Positions 40,568-51,315 of a DNA stretch of 64,000 nt are shown here, piece after piece; the stretch's first letter is position 1, and each line of letters starts with the position of its first letter. Where the stretch lies: positions 1 through 64,000 of the IMG/VR virus record IMGVR_UViG_3300044630_003053; one strand, given 5' to 3'. The stretch comes from a virus. The translations under genes were made by a program, and so were the position numbers. The notes beneath the pieces were generated by a model. That model had not been told where the DNA came from, ran no database searches, and was given only the letters and a program-made list of their open reading frames with translations.

Positions 40568-41452
40568 CTATGTCCATTTAAAAATAAAGTTGAACTTATC
40601 TAAGTTACTTGAAAAACGAACAGGAACTAAATCATTTGATTTAAGTATGTATTTTATTCTTTCTGTTAATAGTGTTTCTAATAGTTCTTTTTTAGGTACT
40701 GCATAATCTTCAGAAAGTTTTGGGTACTCTATATAGATTGGCATAAAATCGAAGTCTACTTCCCCAGTAATCTTGTTGTGGCTTCTTGCATCACATTTGA
40801 AATTAAGTTTAACATTTTTGGGGAATTTATAATATACCTTGATTTGTTTTAATTCACCATCATCTCCCATACTCGTATTGATTTCATCTGGTATTGTAAA
40901 GGTTCCCTCCTCGACGAAGTCAAGATGAACCTGAAGGTTATGTGGAGTATTCTTTTGGGATTGGAGTTGTCTCAGACCTCTATTAATTCTTTCCAAGGTG
41001 GTGTCGTCGAGTTCCATTACAGATCTAAATCCCACGGGGTCCTTAAGAAACGTCATCAGAGTCTTTACTTTACGAACTTCTTTTGTCCATTGAAGTATCT
41101 CCACGGGTAATACAGTGTCCATTGCACTGTTTAAGTTAAATCCAATGAATTCATTCATTCCCCCAGTAAATAATAGGTCACTGATCCTCACCGTGGTTTC
41201 ACCCATCTCATTACTATTCCCATCCATGTACTCGTCATACATGGGCTTGAACTTCTCCGCGATTTCGGTCATCAACTTGAATATTATATCTGGTTGGACC
41301 TGAGTCTCACGTATTACGATGTTCAAGTAAGCACCAAATGTACTGAAAGTTTCAGGTAATGTATAATAAATCTCACCGTTTATTGTGTTCAACGGACCCC
41401 TCAGAGACTTTACGAATCTCTCGAAATCTGATTTGTCTAATATTTTTCCCAT
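40568..41452 (-). CDS. hypothetical protein (294 aa)
   Basis: ORF. Confidence 0.5.
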   Translation of the reverse strand: MGKILDKSDFERFVKSLRGPLNTINGEIYYTLPETFSTFGAYLNIVIRETQVQPDIIFKLMTEIAEKFKPMYDEYMDGNSNEMGETTVRISDLLFTGGMNEFIGFNLNSAMDTVLPVEILQWTKEVRKVKTLMTFLKDPVGFRSVMELDDTTLERINRGLRQLQSQKNTPHNLQVHLDFVEEGTFTIPDEINTSMGDDGELKQIKVYYKFPKNVKLNFKCDARSHNKITGEVDFDFMPIYIEYPKLSEDYAVPKKELLETLLTERIKYILKSNDLVPVRFSSNLDKFNFIFKWT

Positions 41453-41518
41453 AGATATAAATATAAAAAAAAAGGTTCCATGGTGGTGGAACCTCTTAGT
41501 AATACATGTGTAATAAGA

Positions 41519-41698
41519 CTATCGTCCCATTAACTCGTTACGGAACTGTACGGCCTTTCTCTTACTAGAGAAATTCTTAGAGTACTTAGTACCATTAACA
41601 CTTACACGTACACGGTAAGATGAACCATCATGATAGATGTTGTCGGCGACAGGAACATACGTAGTTACTGTGGTGCGACGGGATGTTGTTTTTTTCAT
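41519..41698 (-). CDS. small AP2-like DNA-binding domain protein (59 aa)
   Basis: hand-translated: ...GSSYRVRVSVNGTKYSKNFSSKRKAVQFRNE fits the AP2/integrase-type pattern; terminator at 41470-41500. Confidence 0.35.
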   Translation of the reverse strand: MKKTTSRRTTVTTYVPVADNIYHDGSSYRVRVSVNGTKYSKNFSSKRKAVQFRNELMGR

Positions 41699-41968
41699 TT
41701 GTGACTATTTTAAGTTTATATATAAAATATAACAAATAATATCCAAATAAAAAAATCCTGTCAAAAAAATATTTTATCCCAGTAATGTTCCGAGTCCCTG
41801 ATCAGGTCCCACTGTTGAGATATCTATCTCCCCACTTCTTGGTCATATAGGCATCATACCTATGTACCTTGTTCGGGTTGAACAGGAATATCACGAAGTA
41901 GTAATCCCACTTCCACTCTAAATCTTTTAAAAACTTCTTCATATGATGTTGTTTATTCCCCAGTAATG

Positions 41969-42235
41969 TTATCCCATCTTCTCCTTCCTGAGGATGTCGG
42001 TCAGAAGATTTTTGTGATTTTGGAGGATTACACCGTGCTGTTTCTTAAGAGCTTCGTCCAAAGACATTCTTTTGTGTGTAATCCTCCAATTGATTCTGTC
42101 GGTCGACTCCCATCGTTCCCAATGTTTACCACTAGGTGATAATTGAATTCTACTGTGAATCTTTTTCATTTGCTTTTTATTTGATAATTCCGCAAAGGTA
42201 CGGTGTTTAAGGGTTAATAACAAACCCTTAAACAA
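41969..42235 (-). CDS. hypothetical protein
   Basis: ORF; start may be internal. Confidence 0.35.
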   Translation of the reverse strand: MFKGLLLTLKHRTFAELSNKKQMKKIHSRIQLSPSGKHWERWESTDRINWRITHKRMSLDEALKKQHGVILQNHKNLLTDILRKEKMG

Positions 42236-42794
42236 ATTCTTCAGTTTTAATCATATTGAAGTCAATTGACTTCAGTTTGAATATTAAGTAATCGATAGCT
42301 ATTCCCACTATCTTTCCATTGTGCTTAGCCACAAGAAGTCGGTAGGAACCATCTCCATAACCTGAAGACGATACTACCCCAGTATTATATGAACCCCACT
42401 GTTGGCTTGACAAGGTTAATCTGCACATCTTCTCATACCACTTATCTCCCTCACCCTCACACGGTAACATAAAGTCCATCTTAGGTGCTGTTATCTCATC
42501 AGCAATGGAATCATTCCTATAGGACTCCATATCAAATATCCCACACTGACCTGAGTCAACACCGATATCTGCTGCGGTAACTGTTCTCCAAGACAAATCG
42601 TCCTCCACATAATCCTTGTGGACAGCAACAAGTGCTGCACATCTTGTACCCCAACCACCGGTCTCATCCGATTTGAATGCTGTGGAGGAATACTCACCAG
42701 GTAATACATCTGTCAACTTATGCTGACACCAGGTAGGGACAGTGTAACAAGGGTCCGATACCATAACTTCCGAGCCTAAATAAATTTTTTCCAT
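42228..42794 (-). CDS. hypothetical protein
   Basis: ORF. Confidence 0.5.
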   Translation of the reverse strand: MEKIYLGSEVMVSDPCYTVPTWCQHKLTDVLPGEYSSTAFKSDETGGWGTRCAALVAVHKDYVEDDLSWRTVTAADIGVDSGQCGIFDMESYRNDSIADEITAPKMDFMLPCEGEGDKWYEKMCRLTLSSQQWGSYNTGVVSSSGYGDGSYRLLVAKHNGKIVGIAIDYLIFKLKSIDFNMIKTEEFV

Positions 42795-42795
42795 T

Positions 42796-43119
42796 TTAAA
42801 TTACATTTATTGTGAATGATTCTGTTTCGATTTGTCTGTGTAAATAAACTAAGTGTTCCATTGTAAGGTCGTTATAACCTAAGTCGTGGTAACCATCTCC
42901 TGTAATACCTTTGGTGATTAACTCACCTGTGGTTCCACATATTCCAATAACAACTACTTTAACTTGGTAGTCGTCGTCGAAGTTTTGGGTAAACCACACT
43001 GAGAATGGGCTGGTTAATTCTAATTCAAAATCATCCCCTCCGTTAAGTTTAACGGTTCTGTGGACGATATCTCGGTGAATACTATCACGGAGTTTTAATA
43101 ATTCTTGACCATAGTTCAT
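42796..43119 (-). CDS. hypothetical protein
   Basis: ORF. Confidence 0.45.
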   Translation of the reverse strand: MNYGQELLKLRDSIHRDIVHRTVKLNGGDDFELELTSPFSVWFTQNFDDDYQVKVVVIGICGTTGELITKGITGDGYHDLGYNDLTMEHLVYLHRQIETESFTINVI

Positions 43120-43175
43120 ATGATTAATAGTTTTAGTGTAATACGAAATTAGATATTATTTTCGAATATTCCAAA

Positions 43176-43658
43176 TTATCCTAGAATATTTTTTAGAACT
43201 TTAACATTCTCGTTAATCTCAAGGTCCATCACTTTAAGTAACTTCTCCTTAGCTAACTCCATAAACTCTACACTGTTACCCAGTAAATCAATGTCCGTCC
43301 CGTGCACATCCGTCTTCCCGACGATGACCCTGATGTCCTTAGTGCCTTTACCCTCTCTATAGAATAGAGCTCGAGCGTAGATGTACTCACGAACCAAAGA
43401 CAGTTTGATTTCATCAGCAACCGATTCCTTAGAACGGAGTTGCATAATGATTTCTTCTAACTTGGCTAACATCTCGAAGTTGGTCTTCATCATACGGATG
43501 CTGTTCTTATACTGATTACAGTACTTCACCAGCTCATCAGTGTGAGGAATACTTAAATCGATGTCCACATTAAGGAACCGATCGTACGAACTAATTCTAT
43601 CTCGGGTACCCACTATCTCGGTGAATACTCCTCCCGTTAAACGATTTTCTCTACCCAT
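43176..43658 (-). CDS. hypothetical protein
   Basis: ORF. Confidence 0.45.
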   Translation of the reverse strand: MGRENRLTGGVFTEIVGTRDRISSYDRFLNVDIDLSIPHTDELVKYCNQYKNSIRMMKTNFEMLAKLEEIIMQLRSKESVADEIKLSLVREYIYARALFYREGKGTKDIRVIVGKTDVHGTDIDLLGNSVEFMELAKEKLLKVMDLEINENVKVLKNILG

Positions 43659-43882
43659 TTTATTTTTGTTTTTAATTTGTTTAAAATCCCAGTAAACTTG
43701 TCCCCATCCTGGCTCACCTCAGGTGCGAACTCATATCTCGTGTTCATTGTACTTCCCAAATAACCAGTAAAGTATTTGGTTGGTTCAACATATTGGCTTG
43801 ATACTCTATATCTTTCCACCCACTCATTAAATGATAATGGGGTTTGGAATGTGCTCATCTTACATTTCAGTTTCTTTTCCAT
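43637..43882 (-). CDS. hypothetical protein
   Basis: ORF. Confidence 0.4.
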   Translation of the reverse strand: MEKKLKCKMSTFQTPLSFNEWVERYRVSSQYVEPTKYFTGYLGSTMNTRYEFAPEVSQDGDKFTGILNKLKTKIKWVEKIV

Positions 43883-44519
43883 ATATCTCTTTTACTTCGT
43901 TAAAAATTTCTTCTAATGTTTTAAGGTCTTCCTCCCCAGTAATAAAATGGAACATTTCCTTCACCGACTCGAAGGTTACATCTTCATCACTCTCGAACAA
44001 ATAGTCAATGTCGCCGTCGATAGATTCAAAGAAGTTCTCCTTGTCGAAAAGATATCTACCCTCATTGTATGAATAATCTTCTTCGGTTAATCCATTCTCA
44101 TTGTCAAAATAAGATTTACCACAGAAGTCACAACCTGGTTCTTCATAATATAACTCACACTTCACATTGAATAACCTACCCAAGTGTTGAATGAAGTTTA
44201 TTGGTGGTGACCAAGCTGAATCGAACGACATTGTTATTGATTCGTCATCATAAGTGATATTAGCTTCGTTGTATGACACATCCCACTTACAACCCCAGTA
44301 ATTAATGTTGGCATCGTACCATCCTCCGTGTTCGTATTCATTTAACTCAATAGATTTGTCACGACCAACAAGAGCCATAAAAATGCCAGGGGATGTGTTA
44401 TCCTTACTCTCGATATCTTCGAGATAAAATTTAATTCTGTCCAAGTTTTCGTTATCACCTGTAATAGTAAGGTGATTGTTGCACCAATTTGGCATAGTTG
44501 TATGATTTATGTTTAACAA
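43860..44519 (-). CDS. hypothetical acidic protein
   Basis: ORF. Confidence 0.45.
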   Translation of the reverse strand: MLNINHTTMPNWCNNHLTITGDNENLDRIKFYLEDIESKDNTSPGIFMALVGRDKSIELNEYEHGGWYDANINYWGCKWDVSYNEANITYDDESITMSFDSAWSPPINFIQHLGRLFNVKCELYYEEPGCDFCGKSYFDNENGLTEEDYSYNEGRYLFDKENFFESIDGDIDYLFESDEDVTFESVKEMFHFITGEEDLKTLEEIFNEVKEIYGKETEM

Positions 44520-44569
44520 AGATATAACAGGGATATCATTATTCCAAATAATATCCCCGTTATTTTATT

Positions 44570-45052
44570 TTACCAAGAAGCTCTGTATTCAAAGTCACCA
44601 GAGTACAATCCGTGTTCTTTGGATTGTTCGTGTTCTTCTAATAACTCCTCAATGATTTTGATAGTTGAGTTTACATCTTCTTTGTAATACTCATCAATTT
44701 CATCACCACCGAAAAAGAAACCCTGTACTGGTGGAAGAAGTTCTTTAGCCTTATCAAAGTTGGAACTAACTTCTTTTAGTGTTTCAAATAACTCTTTCAG
44801 CTTGTCCTCATCAACATTGATGTTTTGACATTCATCAATACCACCACCACAATTCTCAACGAACCATCCGTGAAGTGCATTGAACTTTCTCCAATACGCC
44901 ACCTGTTCGGTGATGTAACAAATACGATTTGGTTTAATGTCGTTACGAACTACACCATTCTTTTTAACTTCGATTTGGTGTTGTTGTTCAGGTGGGTTGT
45001 GTTCCCAATTTTGTACATAAGTTCTTTTGTACAGATACATGTCTAGTCCCAT
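44570..45052 (-). CDS. hypothetical protein
   Basis: ORF. Confidence 0.45.
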   Translation of the reverse strand: MGLDMYLYKRTYVQNWEHNPPEQQHQIEVKKNGVVRNDIKPNRICYITEQVAYWRKFNALHGWFVENCGGGIDECQNINVDEDKLKELFETLKEVSSNFDKAKELLPPVQGFFFGGDEIDEYYKEDVNSTIKIIEELLEEHEQSKEHGLYSGDFEYRASW

Positions 45053-45115
45053 GATTTTTTAGTTTAAGTGTTAATTAATAATGTAAAGGTATTACAATAA
45101 TTTTATTATACCAAA

Positions 45116-45439
45116 TTATTTTATGAAAAGTTTACTATCGATTGTAAATAATTCTTTGTACTCACTTCCGTCAGCATTCTGTCCGTTTAAATTCCAGAAT
45201 GGCAATACTCTTGGATTGTATTTTAAATGTGCGGTAGTTTCAGGAACAAAATCTTCTGTAAGGATTTCTATTTCTTTACAAAGAACATATGCACAAACGA
45301 CTTTGGTGGTTTCCCCAGTAAATATTTTCTGCGCTGCTGTCCTGTTGTTTTTCAGAACGCAATCAGTTAGTATTAACTGAACTTCAGCTGGGTGATAATA
45401 TTTCACCCAGCCGTTGTTATATTCAATTTTCCATTTCAT
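45116..45439 (-). CDS. hypothetical protein (start trimmed to MKWKIEY)
   Basis: ORF-track start 45679 would overlap the neighbouring gene by 200 nt. Confidence 0.4.
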   Translation of the reverse strand: MKWKIEYNNGWVKYYHPAEVQLILTDCVLKNNRTAAQKIFTGETTKVVCAYVLCKEIEILTEDFVPETTAHLKYNPRVLPFWNLNGQNADGSEYKELFTIDSKLFIK

Positions 45440-45473
45440 ATAGTTCTCTCCCTTTCCGAGATTAAACCTAACT

Positions 45474-45926
45474 TTATGCTTTTTCAACTTCTTCCTTTTT
45501 ATATTTTTTAACAAATTGGGATGGAGTACCACGAAACAATTCAGTTTTATTTCCGTCGTTCTCATAACAAACAAACTCAATGGAGTAATCTTCTTTAACG
45601 ATAACATCATAAAGATAATCTTCCCAAGAATTTCCACGACTTGACAAAGATTGTACATAGGTGTTTCCTGTTTCGCCACCTTTTAATTTCCAAATGAGTT
45701 GAGCGGCTAAACAACCAGCTCCGTTGAATACTAATTTCTTTTCGTTGGCACCATACCCATTAACGACTTTTCCTGTTGATAACCATTCAGCGGTTTCAAG
45801 TGGATGACCTGTTGGGTATCCATCATACTGACGATAGATTAAACAGATTTCATTCTGTTTTACTTTTTTTACTTTTTTACCTGTTGAGTATTCCTCAATG
45901 ATGCGGTAAGTTGAACGAGTTCCCAT
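45474..45926 (-). CDS. hypothetical protein (start trimmed to MGTRSTY)
   Basis: TTTGG...TATCTTTGT promoter lies inside the extended ORF. Confidence 0.4.
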   Translation of the reverse strand: MGTRSTYRIIEEYSTGKKVKKVKQNEICLIYRQYDGYPTGHPLETAEWLSTGKVVNGYGANEKKLVFNGAGCLAAQLIWKLKGGETGNTYVQSLSSRGNSWEDYLYDVIVKEDYSIEFVCYENDGNKTELFRGTPSQFVKKYKKEEVEKA

Positions 45927-46102
45927 AATAGATTTTTTTTTGTGATTAATATTATAGTACAAAGATAATACTTTTTTATTACCTGCCAAATTTATTTTCA
46001 ACTTTTTTAAAAAAATATTTGCCGGCGTCATGCATAATCCTAAACATTACTGGGGTGTAATACGGATCTGATCGGCGCACGATCTGCAAAACTGGCTAAA
46101 CA

Positions 46103-46124
46103 TTACTGGGATTTACCCCAGTAA
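46103..46124. repeat. representative TTACTGGG...CCCAGTAA inverted-repeat hairpin, one of about 60 copies across 40.3-58.0 kb
   Basis: ATTACTGGGATTTACCCCAGTAA. Confidence 0.8.
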
Positions 46125-46196
46125 ACTTTCGCCTCAGGCCTGTGCAGGTACAGTGCACAGCAAAAAAAATCCCCACCTTTCGGTGAGGACATTAAA

Positions 46197-46997
46197 TTAA
46201 AGTTGTATGACAAACTTATTCTTTGTTAACTTATTTCGAACTCGTTTATATTTTAGTCCGACAATTACATTCTTTTTATCTTTATACCTCATATCGTATA
46301 AATCCCCATCGATTACTTTCCTATCCCAAAATGTTTTAGGTACTTTATTAAAAACAACCGCCACCCTTACATTCTTATTTAACATTGAGTGACACTCATT
46401 TAAATTGTGACCGCTATAAGAGAAAGTTAAATCGTAGTTCTTATATTTTTTAAGTAGTTCGATTCTTTTAGGAACCTTTGTATAATCGTAGAATTGGATG
46501 TGTTGAAAGTATTGTAAAATATTAACGGGTTTATCATTTACATGAATATAAAATGATTCGGGCGTTATATCTGATGTGTTATTCAAACGAACCGAAAATT
46601 TATAACCTAACTTCTTAGCTTTTAATTCTGTGGACTTAATTTCATCAAACATCCAATTAACAAAAAATTCCCTGTGTTCAAAAAACAATTTAGTTTTTGC
46701 AATTCGTGAACGATTAATTTTATCGTCCTCCATGTTCATCGTGTTCATCCCTGATTCATTCAAACATAACTTTGTACATTCTTTTGTTCTCATAGGGCAA
46801 ACCTCGTAACCGCTCATTTTTGCAGGAGCTAAGTACAAACTATATGTTAATTCATCGTACTTGAATGCCTTCTGATGTTTCGTCGTCATATTAACGGAAC
46901 CTAAATAAGATATCCCTGTTAATCTTTTTGCTTGAGCCTTAGTAGTGTAAATCATTTGTTTATTTTTTAGTGTAGTGAGTAATTGTTGTTTCTTCAT
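46197..46997 (-). CDS. hypothetical protein with Cys cluster (VCPMRTKECTKLC)
   Basis: ORF. Confidence 0.5.
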   Translation of the reverse strand: MKKQQLLTTLKNKQMIYTTKAQAKRLTGISYLGSVNMTTKHQKAFKYDELTYSLYLAPAKMSGYEVCPMRTKECTKLCLNESGMNTMNMEDDKINRSRIAKTKLFFEHREFFVNWMFDEIKSTELKAKKLGYKFSVRLNNTSDITPESFYIHVNDKPVNILQYFQHIQFYDYTKVPKRIELLKKYKNYDLTFSYSGHNLNECHSMLNKNVRVAVVFNKVPKTFWDRKVIDGDLYDMRYKDKKNVIVGLKYKRVRNKLTKNKFVIQL

Positions 46998-47145
46998 CCA
47001 CCGACTCTGTCACCAAATCAAAATTGTTTTTTTTACACAATTTTTCCAATGCAGGTAGGCACGCATCGTAGGTTTCTTCATCGTCGAAGATTGCTACCAG
47101 TTCAGCATATTTGCCATTATCCAATTCGAAATAAACTTTTACCAT
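46960..47145 (-). CDS. hypothetical small acidic protein
   Basis: ORF. Confidence 0.35.
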   Translation of the reverse strand: MVKVYFELDNGKYAELVAIFDDEETYDACLPALEKLCKKNNFDLVTESVDEETTITHYTKK

Positions 47146-47420
47146 AGTGTTGTTTTTTTAGTGTACACAAATATACAACTAATACTTTTATAATCCAAAT
47201 TTATTTTTAAATATTTTTTTGAGTTAGCGCATGCGCGCAGCACTGGTCTAACTTTACTGGGGTAATACAACAGCAGATTACGCTGCAGATCATAGCTCCA
47301 ATAATTACTGGGATTCCCCAGTAAACTTCAGCGCTGGTCCGGGCTGTGTTTGCGCTGAAAGTAATACGCAAAAAAAAGGGTGAACATTTCTGTCCACCCA
47401 ATCGTTCACACTAATAAACA

Positions 47421-47735
47421 CTAATCACTAATTCGTTTTTCTGTTCTAATACACTCAGCTTCCCACTGCTCACATAGAAGTAATACATCTTCCAACACAT
47501 TCTCATTCAACTCCCAATAACTTTCTTCGTAGGTGTCGATAGCGTCAGAACTACTTGAACGAGGTTCGTACACATTTACTTCGATATAATCTTCTGTGAA
47601 ATATTCACCAAGCCCAACATAGTTACCTAATGTTCCGATAAGAATACTATTCTCACCTTCTAATTCTCCAATACTAAAACATCCGTTGACTTTTAGTATG
47701 TCTGTAATACGATTAATGATTTCTGAATTTTCCAT
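47421..47735 (-). CDS. hypothetical acidic protein
   Basis: ORF. Confidence 0.45.
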   Translation of the reverse strand: MENSEIINRITDILKVNGCFSIGELEGENSILIGTLGNYVGLGEYFTEDYIEVNVYEPRSSSSDAIDTYEESYWELNENVLEDVLLLCEQWEAECIRTEKRISD

Positions 47736-47737
47736 TT

Positions 47738-48049
47738 TTAAATTGATTTAGTATTATCCCAAATTATATTACCTTCCTCGTCATACAACTCCTCCGTAGG
47801 TTCTCCACCATTTTCTTCGGGTATTAAACCTTCAAGAGTTTCGTCAATATGTTCCCACGGCAATTCCGTGTTATCTCCTCTTTCACGGAACTCGATTGCC
47901 AATTTCTTAGCCTCCTCCAATGAGTTAGCCTCTATTTCAAATTCTGTACGATACCAAGTCGTAACCTTTGTGTCTAAATGAAAATTAAATGTTGTTAGGG
48001 TCTGTTCCATTTTCCATTGATTTTTTAATTGATATAATAAGTAATACAA
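47738..48049 (-). CDS. hypothetical protein
   Basis: ORF. Confidence 0.45.
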   Translation of the reverse strand: MYYLLYQLKNQWKMEQTLTTFNFHLDTKVTTWYRTEFEIEANSLEEAKKLAIEFRERGDNTELPWEHIDETLEGLIPEENGGEPTEELYDEEGNIIWDNTKSI

Positions 48050-48121
48050 CCATTACCGAAAACAATACAATAACTCCGAATCCTAAAAGTAGGCAATATA
48101 AGACATTCATAGTTTTAATTT

Positions 48122-48319
48122 TTAAAGTTCACGAATATACATATAATCTTCTAATTCTTCCAAAGGAATTCTTCCGTTGTTTGAGGAATAATATCCTTGT
48201 CTTCGATATCGTTCTTTCCACTTGTCAAATGCCTCAAATGCTTTTTCCTTTGAGGTGTAGTAAGGTCTATCGAATTCAATCGTAAACCCGTCGGGTGATA
48301 ATACTTCGTACCTTGTCAT
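48122..48319 (-). CDS. hypothetical protein
   Basis: ORF. Confidence 0.4.
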   Translation of the reverse strand: MTRYEVLSPDGFTIEFDRPYYTSKEKAFEAFDKWKERYRRQGYYSSNNGRIPLEELEDYMYIREL

Positions 48320-48320
48320 A

Positions 48321-48518
48321 TTAATCTTGTTTAATTAAAGTTTGAGAATACTCTTGTGTAATAAGTGTGTCCATGTGTTGTGAACCACTATAACGATTTA
48401 CTTCTCGTTGGGTTACAACTTGATGAGAACCGACGGGAATAAACCCTTCGTTAATGTACTTGTTTACTTTTTCGGTTAATCCTTCGGGGGATGAACTTGT
48501 TAATACTTTGTACTCCAT
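48321..48518 (-). CDS. DUF1737-like small protein
   Basis: MEYKVLTSSSPEGLTEKVNKYINEGFIPVG pattern; start trimmed because the promoter lies inside the longer ORF. Confidence 0.45.
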   Translation of the reverse strand: MEYKVLTSSSPEGLTEKVNKYINEGFIPVGSHQVVTQREVNRYSGSQHMDTLITQEYSQTLIKQD

Positions 48519-48844
48519 ATCTTTTTGTTTTAGTGTAAGACAAAGATAAAACAATAATATTATTTTACCAAATTTATTTTGAAGAATTTTCTCCAGCCCG
48601 ATCATCCCTAAACATTACTGGGTTGAATTGTTAGCCAGCGCAAATTTCCTGATCAGCGCGCGCAAATCTGGCTAATGTTTACTGGGGTAATACAAATAAC
48701 TCATGGACCAGGCATTGTGCGCAGGTGAAAATTACTGGGATGTCCCCAGTAAAATTCAGCGCTGTTTCTATGCAGCTACAGTGCACAGGTAATACACCCA
48801 GTAAACTTGTGACCCATCGCACAGTGTGACGGGGTTCCCCAAAC

Positions 48845-48873
48845 AAAAAACCCCCGAACTAAAAGTCCGAGGG
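48845..48873 (-). terminator. rho-independent terminator (module copy 1 of 3)
   Basis: minus-strand CCCUCGGACU uuuuag AGUUCGGGGG plus U6 with G-U pairs; identical 35-bp module also at 52545 and 56478. Confidence 0.6.
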
Positions 48874-48902
48874 TTTCACCAATATAATCTTTAACCTATG
48901 TC

Positions 48903-49763
48903 TTACACTAAATGTACAAGTTCCTTAAAGATTTGTCTTTCACGATTTCCGTAAGTTCCAAACATCTTATTTTCAGAATTGTCACCTTTACCCATACTAT
49001 GAGTTGTGTATTTTGTTACACCACTAAATAAACCCCAAATGTTATCACCCTTTTCGTTAATCTCACCATTAAGGTCAACATAGAATCTACTTAATTTATT
49101 TTGTGTCACGGTAGATAATGAATCAACATCCTTAATATCAACATTCTTTTCGATATTGAATAACGATTTGATTACTCTATCCTTGATAATATCATCGAAA
49201 CGAGTTTCACTCATTTTAACGATAGAACCGAACACATTCTTTTCTTCTTGTACTACACCCTCAATTTGTCGACAGATATCTTCTATCTTTAATTCCATAT
49301 TCTTTGTATGACGTACCTTTGAATCTAAATCCTTGTACACACCAAAGAACGTGTTTTGACAACTGATAGTTTTAGAACTAGGTCCGAACGATAATGAAGT
49401 CGAACCATCAAAAGAATTAATCCCAGTAACATAACCCTCGATTCTATCCGTCCCCAAAGTTAAGTCGTTTGATTTTAATTGAACGAATACTTTTCGTCCA
49501 CCACCGAACAAACCACCTCTATGAACATCAAGTCCAGTTTGTTGGGATACTTTGAATAATAGTTCCATCATTTGGTCATTCTGATATGGCACATAACCAT
49601 TCGAGTGAATACCCAAGATTGTACTATCATCCTCACGAACGATACCAATTTTATCAGGGATAATAATTCCTGACGAAGTTTGAAGTCCTTCGGTACGGAC
49701 TTTCCAATTTAAACCAGTTCTATCCAAGAACTGATTAACCCGATTGTTTTCTACGATTTCCAT
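48903..49763 (-). CDS. DUF932-like phage/plasmid protein
   Basis: N-terminal LDRTGLNWKV...GIVREDDSTILGIHSNGYVPYQN pattern. Confidence 0.45.
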   Translation of the reverse strand: MEIVENNRVNQFLDRTGLNWKVRTEGLQTSSGIIIPDKIGIVREDDSTILGIHSNGYVPYQNDQMMELLFKVSQQTGLDVHRGGLFGGGRKVFVQLKSNDLTLGTDRIEGYVTGINSFDGSTSLSFGPSSKTISCQNTFFGVYKDLDSKVRHTKNMELKIEDICRQIEGVVQEEKNVFGSIVKMSETRFDDIIKDRVIKSLFNIEKNVDIKDVDSLSTVTQNKLSRFYVDLNGEINEKGDNIWGLFSGVTKYTTHSMGKGDNSENKMFGTYGNRERQIFKELVHLV

Positions 49764-50017
49764 CTGTTTAATTTTTATGGTTTAATAAATGATTGTATGA
49801 CAAAGATAAATTAATCTGGGATATAATCCAAATTTATTTTTAAGAAATATTAATTATTTTTTTCCTCCTAATCCACCTGTGATCAGAGCTCCCAATATTA
49901 CTGGGTAATACTTGACGATACCCCAGTAATTTTACGGGACGATCAGGTCGAGAAAAATTCTTGGACATAAAAAAACCCCCGACAGAATCGGAGGTCTTAT
50001 TAAAGTAGGTGGTTTTA

Positions 50018-50338
50018 TTACACCAACAAATCTTGTACTGAATGTTCGGAAGTTTTTTCATCCCACACATCATCATTCCAATCTTCACCGACTTGGGTAC
50101 AAGTCTTGTAGAAAATTTCAACAACACCATTCTCGATGGTGACAACTCCTTCGGTTCTCTCGTTGATAGGAATCAAATCCTTTTCAACAAGAAACAAAAG
50201 TACGAGTTCGTACTCCAAAAATTGGTCGGTGTTCTCCGACTCAATGTATTCAACTTGTCCTTGGAAATCCAAGGAGAACTCAAACTCCACATTAGAGTTT
50301 AGAGTTTTTTCGATTTGGGAAGTGAACAAAGTGTCCAT
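50018..50338 (-). CDS. hypothetical acidic protein
   Basis: ORF. Confidence 0.4.
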   Translation of the reverse strand: MDTLFTSQIEKTLNSNVEFEFSLDFQGQVEYIESENTDQFLEYELVLLFLVEKDLIPINERTEGVVTIENGVVEIFYKTCTQVGEDWNDDVWDEKTSEHSVQDLLV

Positions 50339-50754
50339 AGTGTGTAGGTCTATTGGTTAGTAGACAATACAAATATAAAAAAGAAATTCCGTTTTACAAT
50401 ACATTTATGAAAAATTATTTTACTTTTTTTCTGACCCTGGTAATCCAAATATATTACTGGGTAATACAAGAATTCCAGTTCGGGGACCTACTGGAAATTA
50501 TTACTGGGATGTCAAGTTTTCAAATCAATAAACTTGACACATGTTGTAATAAAGTAAGTCAAAAACTTCACTTTTTGACACCTATTATACCCCAGTAAAG
50601 TAATACGTCCGAACCGTCGCGTCGGAAATTCTAACACACACTATAAACTCCCCAGTAAAGTAATACACCTAACCGGTCGAGGACCTGAGGTATGAACAAA
50701 AAAAAAAGGATAGTCTTTCGACTACCCTTCTTCACCTTTCCAACCTATGTATTT

Positions 50755-51315
50755 CTACACAACTACTCCTTCTAAATGTTGTAATACGGACTTACCTTCA
50801 TCCCAACAATCATTCTCACTATAATAACTTCCACAACATTCAACTAATGTTTTGTGTTCGTGACCTTTATTACAAGTTTCAATTTCATAAACTTTGTATT
50901 GATAAACTTCACCCGTTAAGTATTCATCATAAATTCTAACTTCACTATTCATAATCAAACTTAAATGTTCTTCACCCCTTTCAAATTCTTTACCACACAT
51001 TAAGTTCAATTGTTTTTCACTTATGAAAACCCAACCAACTTGTCCACTATCCCATTGACAACTGAACGGACTTGTGGATATAGTTATACCACTATGGTCG
51101 TACATATACAAAGGTTTAATCAAAAGGACTTTATGGTCACTTTCAATTTGTGACTTCAATTCATCCCAACTATCAAAGTCAACACTTTTGTAGTCAGTTT
51201 TGTCACCAATATCGTACCTTTTGTGAAAACAAATCATTGTAGTAATGTTATCCCACTCGGTACGAGGATTCATTGGGTCGTTATCGTGTTCGACAACTAA
51301 TTCATACTTTCTCAT
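50755..51315 (-). CDS. hypothetical Cys-rich protein (start at MRKYELV)
   Basis: ATG 51339 lies inside the TATATTTGTGTACAC promoter element. Confidence 0.45.
   Translation of the reverse strand: MRKYELVVEHDNDPMNPRTEWDNITTMICFHKRYDIGDKTDYKSVDFDSWDELKSQIESDHKVLLIKPLYMYDHSGITISTSPFSCQWDSGQVGWVFISEKQLNLMCGKEFERGEEHLSLIMNSEVRIYDEYLTGEVYQYKVYEIETCNKGHEHKTLVECCGSYYSENDCWDEGKSVLQHLEGVVV

Noticed and set aside
37700-40600. cas1, cas2 or cas4 adaptation genes
   Set aside because: No candidates were found anywhere in the window; the array, if functional, would rely on host machinery or be static.
40152-40603. ORFs 40152-40334 and 40400-40603
   Set aside because: They fall in the GC-hairpin repeat block and have no expression signals.
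47207-47401. 64-aa ORF
   Set aside because: It spans the intergenic TTACTGGG repeats and a terminator.
49840-50598. ORFs 49840-50145, 50042-50302, 50136-50360 and 50353-50598
   Set aside because: They are antisense to, or overlapping, the better-supported 50018-50338 gene and the repeat region.
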